Source: Nemertoderma westbladi
Taxonomy: Eukaryota > Animalia > Xenacoelomorpha
Direction: 5' to 3'
NCBI GenBank assembly: GCA_032718475.1
Contig: JAUCBJ010001179.1
Coordinates: forward strand, 1 to 64,000
DNA: 64,000 nucleotides
Positions 53,680 to 64,000 of this stretch are shown here, one piece after another (position 1 is the stretch's first letter; each line of letters begins with the position of its first letter). Position numbers and translations under genes: made by a program. Below the pieces are notes generated by a model. That model had not been told where the DNA came from, did not search any database, and saw nothing but the letters and a program-made list of their open reading frames with translations.

Positions 53680-56600
53680 TGATACTTCTTTTAGTGTTAA
53701 ATTAACAGCAGATTCCAAATACAGTAACCGTTTTTACATATGATTTGTAGTTCTCGCGATATTTGGGTTCAAACACAACGTTTTTTGATATTTTACGAGA
53801 TTTAAAGTATTTTTTATTGAAAAAGCAGACATAACTATTCCCAGTCCGTTTCTGTAACATTTAGAGAAAAGGTAACTTGTGATACTTCTTTTAGTGTTAA
53901 ATTAACTGCAGATTCCAAATACAGTAACCGTTACTACATATGATTTGTAGTTCTCGCGATATTTGGGTTCAAACACAACGTTTTTTGATATTTTACGAGA
54001 TTTAAAGTATTTTTTATTGAAAAAGCAGACATAACTATTCCCAGTCCGTTTCTGTAACATTTAGAGAAAAGGTAACTTGTGATACTTCTTTTAGTGTTAA
54101 ATTAACAGCAGATTCCAAATACAGTAACCGTTTTTACATATGATTTGTAGTTCTCGCGATATTTGGGTTCAAACACAACGTTTTTTGATATTTTACGAGA
54201 TTTAAAGTATTTTTTATTGAAAAAGCAGACATAACTATTCCCAGTCCGTTTCTGTAACATTTAGAGAAAAGGTAACTTGTGATACTTCTTTTAGTGTTAA
54301 ATTAACAGCAGATTCCAAATACAGTAACCGTTTTTACATATTATTTGTAGTTCTCGCGATATTTGGGTTCAAACACAACGTTTTTTGATATTTTACGAGA
54401 TTTAAAGTATTTTTTATTGAAAAAGCAGACATAACTATTCCCAGTCCGTTTCTGTAACATTTAGAGAAAAGGTAACTTGTGATACTTCTTTTAGTGTTAA
54501 ATTAACAGCAGATTCCAAATACAGTAACCGTTTTTACATATGATTTGTAGTTCTCGCGATATTTGGGTTCAAACACAACGTTTTTTGATATTTTACGAGA
54601 TTTAAAGTATTTTTTATTGAAAAAGCAGACATAACTATTCCCAGTCCGTTTCTGTAACATTTAGAGAAAAGGTAACTTGTGATACTTCTTTTAGTGTTAA
54701 ATTAACAGCAGATTCCAAATACAGTAACCGTTTTTACATATGATTTGTAGTTCTCGCGATATTTGGGTTCAAACACAACGTTTTTTGATATTTTACGAGA
54801 TTTAAAGTATTTTTTATTGAAAAAGCAGACATAACTATTCCCAGTCCGTTTCTGTAACATTTAGAGAAAAGGTAACTTGTGATACTTCTTTTAGTGTTAA
54901 ATTAACAGCAGATTCCAAATACAGTAACCGTTTTTACATATGATTTGTAGTTCTCGCGATATTTGGGTTCAAACACAACGTTTTTTGATATTTTACGAGA
55001 TTTAAAGTATTTTTTATTGAAAAAGCAGACATAACTATTCCCAGTCCGTTTCTGTAACATTTAGAGAAAAGGTAACTTGTGATACTTCTTTTAGTGTTAA
55101 ATTAACTGCAGATTCCAAATACAGTAACCGTTACTACATATGATTTGTAGTTCTCGCGATATTTGGGTTCAAACACAACGTTTTTTGATATTTTACGAGA
55201 TTTAAAGTATTTTTTATTGAAAAAGCAGACATAACTATTCCCAGTCCGTTTCTGTAACATTTAGAGAAAAGGTAACTTGTGATACTTCTTTTAGTGTTAA
55301 ATTAACAGCAGATTCCAAATACAGTAACCGTTTTTACATATTATTTGTAGTTCTCGCGATATTTGGGTTCAAACACAACGTTTTTTGATATTTTACGAGA
55401 TTTAAAGTATTTTTTATTGAAAAAGCAGACATAACTATTCCCAGTCCGTTTCTGTAACATTTAGAGAAAAGGTAACTTGTGATACTTCTTTTAGTGTTAA
55501 ATTAACAGCAGATTCCAAATACAGTAACCGTTTTTACATATTATTTGTAGTTCTCGCGATATTTGGGTTCAAACACAACGTTTTTTGATATTTTACGAGA
55601 TTTAAAGTATTTTTTATTGAAAAAGCAGACATAACTATTCCCAGTCCGTTTCTGTAACATTTAGAGAAAAGGTAACTTGTGATACTTCTTTTAGTGTTAA
55701 ATTAACAGCAGATTCCAAATACAGTAACCGTTTTTACATATGATTTGTAGTTCTCGCGATATTTGGGTTCAAACACAACGTTTTTTGATATTTTACGAGA
55801 TTTAAAGTATTTTTTATTGAAAAAGCAGACATAACTATTCCCAGTCCGTTTCTGTAACATTTAGAGAAAAGGTAACTTGTGATACTTCTTTTAGTGTTAA
55901 ATTAACAGCAGATTCCAAATACAGTAACCGTTTTTACATATTATTTGTAGTTCTCGCGATATTTGGGTTCAAACACAACGTTTTTTGATATTTTACGAGA
56001 TTTAAAGTATTTTTTATTGAAAAAGCAGACATAACTATTCCCAGTCCGTTTCTGTAACATTTAGAGAAAAGGTAACTTGTGATACTTCTTTTAGTGTTAA
56101 ATTAACAGCAGATTCCAAATACAGTAACCGTTTTTACATATTATTTGTAGTTCTCGCGATATTTGGGTTCAAACACAACGTTTTTTGATATTTTACGAGA
56201 TTTAAAGTATTTTTTATTGAAAAAGCAGACATAACTATTCCCAGTCCGTTTCTGTAACATTTAGAGAAAAGGTAACTTGTGATACTTCTTTTAGTGTTAA
56301 ATTAACAGCAGATTCCAAATACAGTAACCGTTTTTACATATGATTTGTAGTTCTCGCGATATTTGGGTTCAAACACAACGTTTTTTGATATTTTACGAGA
56401 TTTAAAGTATTTTTTATTGAAAAAGCAGACATAACTATTCCCAGTCCGTTTCTGTAACATTTAGAGAAAAGGTAACTTGTGATACTTCTTTTAGTGTTAA
56501 ATTAACAGCAGATTCCAAATACAGTAACCGTTTTTACATATGATTTGTAGTTCTCGCGATATTTGGGTTCAAACACAACGTTTTTTGATATTTTACGAGA

Positions 56601-59600
56601 TTTAAAGTATTTTTTATTGAAAAAGCAGACATAACTATTCCCAGTCCGTTTCTGTAACATTTAGAGAAAAGGTAACTTGTGATACTTCTTTTAGTGTTAA
56701 ATTAACAGCAGATTCCAAATACAGTAACCGTTTTTACATATGATTTGTAGTTCTCGCGATATTTGGGTTCAAACACAACGTTTTTTGATATTTTACGAGA
56801 TTTAAAGTATTTTTTATTGAAAAAGCAGACATAACTATTCCCAGTCCGTTTCTGTAACATTTAGAGAAAAGGTAACTTGTGATACTTCTTTTAGTGTTAA
56901 ATTAACAGCAGATTCCAAATTCAGTAACCGTTTTTACATATGATTTGTAGTTCTCGCGATATTTCGGTTCAAACACAACGTTTTTTGATATTTTACGAGA
57001 TTTAAAGTATTTTTTATTGAAAAAGCAGACATAACTATTCCCAGTCCGTTTCTGTAACATTTAGAGAAAAGTTAATTTGTGATACTTCTTTTAGTGTTAA
57101 ATTAACAGCAGATTCCAAATACAGTAACCGTTTTTACATATTATTTGTAGTTCTCGCGATATTTGGGTTCAAACACAACGTTTTTTGATATTTTACGAGA
57201 TTTAAAGTATTTTTTATTGAAAAAGCAGACATAACTATTCCCAGTCCGTTTCTGTAACATTTAGAGAAAAGGTAACTTGTGATACTTCTTTTAGTGTTAA
57301 ATTAACAGCAGATTCCAAATACAGTAACCGTTTTTACATATGATTTGTAGTTCTCATGATATTTGGGTTCAAACACAACGTTTTTTGATATTTTACGAGA
57401 TTTAAAGTATTTTTTATTGAAAAAGCAGACATAACTATTCCCAGTCCGTTTCTGTAACATTTAGAGAAAAGGTAACTTGTGATACTTCTTTTAGTGTTAA
57501 ATTAACAGCAGATTCCAAATACAGTAACCGTTTTTACATATGATTTGTAGTTCTCGCGATATTTGGGTTCAAACACAACGTTTTTTGATATTTAACGAGA
57601 TTTAAAGTATTTTTTATTGAAAAAGCAGACATAACTATTCCCAGTCCGTTTCTGTAACATTTAGAGAAAAGGTAACTTGTGATACTTCTTTTAGTGTTAA
57701 ATTAACAGCAGATTCCAAATACAGTAACCGTTTTTACATATTATTTGTAGTTCTCGCGATATTTGGGTTCAAACACAACGTTTTTTGATATTTTACGAGA
57801 TTTAAAGTATTTTTTATTGAAAAAGCAGACATAACTATTCCAAGTCCGTTTCTGTAACATTTAGAGAAAAGGTAATTTGTGATACTTCTTTTAGTGTTAA
57901 ATTAACAGCAGATTCCAAATTCAGTAACCGTTTTTACATATGATTTGTAGTTCTCGCGATATTTCGGTTCAAACACAACGTTTTTTGATATTTTACGAGA
58001 TTTAAAGTATTTTTTATTGAAAAAGCAGACATAACTATTCCCAGTCCGTTTCTGTAACATTTAGAGAAAAGTTAATTTGTGATACTTCTTTTAGTGTTAA
58101 ATTAACAGCAGATTCCAAATTCAGTAACCGTTTTTACATATGATTTGTAGTTCTCGCGATATTTCGGTTCAAACACAACGTTTTTTGATATTTTACGAGA
58201 TTTAAAGTATTTTTTATTGAAAAAGCAGACATAACTATTCCCAGTCCGTTTCTGTAACATTTAGAGAAAAGGTAACTTGTGATACTTCTTTTAGTGTTAA
58301 ATTAACAGCAGATTCCAAATACAGTAACCGTTTTTACATATGATTTGTAGTTCTCGCGATATTTGGGTTCAAACACAACGTTTTTTGATATTTTACGAGA
58401 TTTAAAGTATTTTTTATTGAAAAAGCAGACATAACTATTCCCAGTCCGTTTCTGTAACATTTAGAGAAAAGGTAACTTGTGATACTTCTTTTAGTGTTAA
58501 ATTAACAGCAGATTCCAAATTCAGTAACCGTTTTTACATATGATTTGTAGTTCTCGCGATATTTCGGTTCAAACACAACGTTTTTTGATATTTTACGAGA
58601 TTTAAAGTATTTTTTATTGAAAAAGCAGACATAACTATTCCCAGTCCGTTTCTGTAACATTTAGAGAAAAGGTAACTTGTGATACTTCTTTTAGTGTTAA
58701 ATTAACAGCAGATTCCAAATACAGTAACCGTTTTTACATATGATTTGTAGTTCTCGCGATATTTGGGTTCAAACACAACGTTTTTTGATATTTTACGAGA
58801 TTTAAAGTATTTTTTATTGAAAAAGCAGACATAACTATTCCCAGTCCGTTTCTGTAACATTTAGAGAAAAGGTAACTTGTGATACTTCTTTTAGTGTTAA
58901 ATTAACAGCAGATTCCAAATACAGTAACCGTTTTTACATATGATTTGTAGTTCTCGCGATATTTGGGTTCAAACACAACGTTTTTTGATATTTTACGAGA
59001 TTTAAAGTATTTTTTATTGAAAAAGCAGACATAACTATTCCCAGTCCGTTTCTGTAACATTTAGAGAAAAGGTAACTTGTGATACTTCTTTTAGTGTTAA
59101 ATTAACAGCAGATTCCAAATACAGTAACCGTTACTACATATGATTTGTAGTTCTCGCGATATTTGGGTTCAAACACAACGTTTTTTGATATTTTACGAGA
59201 TTTAAAGTATTTTTTATTGAAAAAGCAGACATAACTATTCCCAGTCCGTTTCTGTAACATTTAGAGAAAAGGTAACTTGTGATACTTCTTTTAGTGTTAA
59301 ATTAACAGCAGATTCCAAATACAGTAACCGTTTTTACATATTATTTGTAGTTCTCGCGATATTTGGGTTCAAACACAACGTTTTTTGATATTTTACGAGA
59401 TTTAAAGTATTTTTTATTGAAAAAGCAGACATAACTATTCCCAGTCCGTTTCTGTAACATTTAGAGAAAAGGTAACTTGTGATACTTCTTTTAGTGTTAA
59501 ATTAACAGCAGATTCCAAATACAGTAACCGTTTTTACATATTATTTGTAGTTCTCGCGATATTTGGGTTCAAACACAACGTTTTTTGATATTTTACGAGA

Positions 59601-62417
59601 TTTAAAGTATTTTTTATTGAAAAAGCAGACATAACTATTCCCAGTCCGTTTCTGTAACATTTAGAGAAAAGGTAACTTGTGATACTTCTTTTAGTGTTAA
59701 ATTAACAGCAGATTCCAAATACAGTAACCGTTTTTACATATGATTTGTAGTTCTCGCGATATTTGGGTTCAAACACAACGTTTTTTGATATTTTACGAGA
59801 TTTAAAGTATTTTTTATTGAAAAAGCAGACATAACTATTCCCAGTCCGTTTCTGTAACATTTAGAGAAAAGGTAACTTGTGATACTTCTTTTAGTGTTAA
59901 ATTAACAGCAGATTCCAAATACAGTAACCGTTTTTACATATGATTTGTAGTTCTCGCGATATTTGGGTTCAAACACAACGTTTTTTGATATTTTACGAGA
60001 TTTAAAGTATTTTTTATTGAAAAAGCAGACATAACTATTCCCAGTCCGTTTCTGTAACATTTAGAGAAAAGGTAACTTGTGATACTTCTTTTAGTGTTAA
60101 ATTAACAGCAGATTCCAAATACAGTAACCGTTTTTACATATTATTTGTAGTTCTCGCGATATTTGGGTTCAAACACAACGTTTTTTGATATTTTACGAGA
60201 TTTAAAGTATTTTTTATTGAAAAAGCAGACATAACTATTCCCAGTCCGTTTCTGTAACATTTAGAGAAAAGGTAACTTGTGATACTTCTTTTAGTGTTAA
60301 ATTAACAGCAGATTCCAAATACAGTAACCGTTTTTACATATGATTTGTAGTTCTCGCGATATTTGGGTTCAAACACAACGTTTTTTGATATTTTACGAGA
60401 TTTAAAGTATTTTTTATTGAAAAAGCAGACATAACTATTCCCAGTCCGTTTCTGTAACATTTAGAGAAAAGGTAACTTGTGATACTTCTTTTAGTGTTAA
60501 ATTAACAGCAGATTCCAAATACAGTAACCGTTTTTACATATGATTTGTAGTTCTCGCGATATTTGGGTTCAAACACAACGTTTTTTGATATTTTACGAGA
60601 TTTAAAGTATTTTTTATTGAAAAAGCAGACATAACTATTCCCAGTCCGTTTCTGTAACATTTAGAGAAAAGGTAACTTGTGATACTTCTTTTAGTGTTAA
60701 ATTAACAGCAGATTCCAAATACAGTAACCGTTTTTACATATTATTTGTAGTTCTCGCGATATTTGGGTTCAAACACAACGTTTTTTGATATTTTACGAGA
60801 TTTAAAGTATTTTTTATTGAAAAAGCAGACATAACTATTCCCAGTCCGTTTCTGTAACATTTAGAGAAAAGGTAACTTGTGATACTTCTTTTAGTGTTAA
60901 ATTAACAGCAGATTCCAAATACAGTAACCGTTTTTACATATGATTTGTAGTTCTCGCGATATTTGGGTTCAAACACAACGTTTTTTGATATTTTACGAGA
61001 TTTAAAGTATTTTTTATTGAAAAAGCAGACATAACTATTCCCAGTCCGTTTCTGTAACATTTAGAGAAAAGGTAACTTGTGATACTTCTTTTAGTGTTAA
61101 ATTAACAGCAGATTCCAAATACAGTAACCGTTTTTACATATTATTTGTAGTTCTCGCGATATTTGGGTTCAAACACAACGTTTTTTGATATTTTACGAGA
61201 TTTAAAGTATTTTTTATTGAAAAAGCAGACATAACTATTCCCAGTCCGTTTCTGTAACATTTAGAGAAAAGGTAACTTGTGATACTTCTTTTAGTGTTAA
61301 ATTAACAGCAGATTCCAAATACAGTAACCGTTTTTACATATGATTTGTAGTTCTCGTGATATTTGGGTTCAAACACAACGTTTTTTGATATTTTACGAGA
61401 TTTAAAGTATTTTTTATTGAAAAAGCAGACATAACTATTCCCAGTCCGTTTCTGTAACATTTAGAGAAAAGGTAACTTGTGATACTTCTTTTAGTGTTAA
61501 ATTAACAGCAGATTCCAAATACAGTAACCGTTTTTACATATGATTTGTAGTTCTCGCGATATTTGGGTTCAAACACAACGTTTTTTGATATTTAACGAGA
61601 TTTAAAGTATTTTTTATTGAAAAAGCAGACATAACTATTCCCAGTCCGTTTCTGTAACATTTAGAGAAAAGGTAACTTGTGATACTTCTTTTAGTGTTAA
61701 ATTAACAGCAGATTCCAAATACAGTAACCGTTTTTACATATTATTTGTAGTTCTCGCGATATTTGGGTTCAAACACAACGTTTTTTGATATTTTACGAGA
61801 TTTAAAGTATTTTTTATTGAAAAAGCAGACATAACTATTCCAAGTCCGTTTCTGTAACATTTAGAGAAAAGGTAATTTGTGATACTTCTTTTAGTGTTAA
61901 ATTAACAGCAGATTCCAAATTCAGTAACCGTTTTTACATATGATTTGTAGTTCTCGCGATATTTCGGTTCAAACACAACGTTTTTTGATATTTTACGAGA
62001 TTTAAAGTATTTTTTATTGAAAAAGCAGACATAACTATTCCCAGTCCGTTTCTGTAACATTTAGAGAAAAGTTAATTTGTGATACTTCTTTTAGTGTTAA
62101 ATTAACAGCAGATTCCAAATTCAGTAACCGTTTTTACATATGATTTGTAGTTCTCGCGATATTTCGGTTCAAACACAACGTTTTTTGATATTTTACGAGA
62201 TTTAAAGTATTTTTTATTGAAAAAGCAGACATAACTATTCCCAGTCCGTTTCTGTAACATTTAGAGAAAAGGTAACTTGTGATACTTCTTTTAGTGTTAA
62301 ATTAACAGCAGATTCCAAATACAGTAACCGTTTTTACATATGATTTGTAGTTCTCGCGATATTTGGGTTCAAACACAACGTTTTTTGATATTTTACGAGA
62401 TTTAAAGTATTTTTTAT
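53680..62417. repeat. 200-bp satellite array, unit 4 (~43.7 copies)
   Basis: Period 200 throughout. Confidence 0.97.
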
Positions 62418-62644
62418 TCGACCTAAATTGAACTAAAATCAGCCAGATGTCCGTCCATTAACTACATATATTTTTTAATAATCGGTATGAAATAATTACA
62501 AAAGTTAATAAAGCTAACAAAATAATAAATATACAAACTAGATAAATAAATGCTGTATCACAACACAATTCCGCCTCTTTCTTCAAGTCTTGCTGTTTAT
62601 GGTAACCAGCTGACGGCGGCCAGACAATTCTTAGGTAACCATAA

Positions 62645-62912
62645 TTAGCTCCGGACCAACAACCTAACAGTTCCTCTTAGTCTCTTCAACAATCGGACCA
62701 CTTTATCATGGCCCATCCCGTGTAGACTCTTCCCGTTAACCGCGAGTATCTGGTTCCCCCGTCTCAATCTACCGTCGTCCACTGCCGCCCCCTTCGCGTA
62801 GACTGTCTTTACGTAGATAGGGAGGTTACCATGGGGACTGCCGTAACCGCCCACAATAGAGAATCCCAGACCCTGGGAACCCCGCTGGAGAGTTACCGTG
62901 GTAACCAAATCA
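62645..62912 (-). CDS. MPDZ: MPDZ-like terminal PDZ exon, copy 5 (intact)
   Basis: Same acceptor and same 87-aa translation as copies 1 and 4. Confidence 0.75.
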
Positions 62913-64000
62913 CTGAAAATAAAAGTTAGTTATATTATATTTGATTTAACGAAAACTACAGAACCTAAAAGGTTATTAAGACCAAGATGTTGCGATCAGT
63001 GACGATCTGATAAAAAAAAAGAAATTCAACTGACCCAGAATTTAACTGTTCGTGTTGTTTCTCAATATTGTCCAACTCCATCGTATCTTGACTTGACTGA
63101 CTAACTTCTGTTGTTTTTGATTCTGCGAAATGAAATAGAAACAAATAAAATAGTCATATAGAAATTCACACAACTTCTTAGGAAGCCAACCACTTACACG
63201 AAATTATAAAGAAAGTCAATTAAATGAATACTGGATATAAACAAATAACTATGTTTATGACTTATTGCTGTTTGTATTGCGTGTGTGTGTGTATGCCGAG
63301 TGTTTGTGGCTGTGGCATAGCGCGGCCTTCCAGTAAGTAGGCCGAGTTAATATACAATTAATTTACATTTTAGAATGATAATCAACTAATAAACAAACAG
63401 CTGGGAAGCAGCACTACAAACTCGGATCGATTACTTTTTCCGTGTAATATATTTATAGCTTTATCAAAACCGGCAGTATAGGCCTACAGTGCCGCGCAAT
63501 TACTGTGAAATGTTAAACAGTTTAGGATTCATTGAGTCAGCAAACATAAATAAATATTTAACATATAAACCTGAAGGTAGGCCTGTAGGTGATTCCTCTT
63601 TGTAGTATCCCTAGGCCACGGATTCCAGAGGGGAGGACCACATTAATTCAGTCATTCTAGAACACCGACCCTGGGAATTGTATAATAATAAAATAATATA
63701 ATAATATACATTGACTTTATCTAGTTCAGTTAGTTAATCTCAATCACAAAATAATAATATACACACTCATAATGAATTACCTTTGTAACAATAATTGTCT
63801 GTCCCAACTCTTTAATATTATTAAATTGCAAATGGCCGGCCGGTAATTCTTGTAAGGAATCCTGGAGAATGGACGGCTTCTTTATAATAATGCAGATACT
63901 ATTCGTGAATAAAAACCAAACTGAACTCTATAAGTAATAAGTTAAACCAGACCACCGCACCGAGTGAATTATTACAACAAAGCGAAAGTGTTAAAAGTTT

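Larger units (their letters stand above)
12727..64000. repeat. Tandem macro-array of five composite units (12727-22164, 22165-29950, 29951-39993, 39994-62417, 62418 to beyond 64000)
   Basis: The near-identical unique segment CTACTGTTCAATTT... recurs at 12727, 22165, 29951 and 39994, and in left-shortened form (TCGACCTAAATTG...) at 62418. Units 1-4 are followed by the same ordered satellite series; unit 5 runs off the window. Confidence 0.95.

Noticed and set aside
14624-62417. CRISPR-like regular repeat arrays
   Set aside because: Monomers are contiguous with no unique spacers, there are no cas genes, and the context is eukaryotic.

Overview
AT-rich animal (metazoan) genomic DNA, not prokaryotic. 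Positions 1-9873 hold the 3' ~9.9 kb of a HERC2 E3 ubiquitin ligase coding sequence with no introns and one +1 frameshift near 1920. Positions 9.9-12.7 kb are intergenic, with MITE/foldback relics and a tRNA-derived SINE fragment. From 12727 to the window end (~51 kb) a composite macro-unit is repeated head-to-tail five times. Each unit starts with a unique segment carrying the minus-strand terminal exon of an MPDZ/MUPP1-like gene (C-terminal PDZ domain plus stop; 3 intact and 2 truncated copies). In units 1-4 this is followed by a fixed order of unrelated tandem repeats: 125-bp satellite, 36-bp minisatellite, ATGCT microsatellite, 43-bp palindromic satellite, a 33-bp satellite (unit 1 only), then a 200-bp satellite. 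Copy numbers of these arrays vary independently between units. Junctions show short microhomologies and templated insertions, and the units are mosaics of one another. Protein identifications come from remembered family motifs, not database searches, and repeat boundaries were read by eye.
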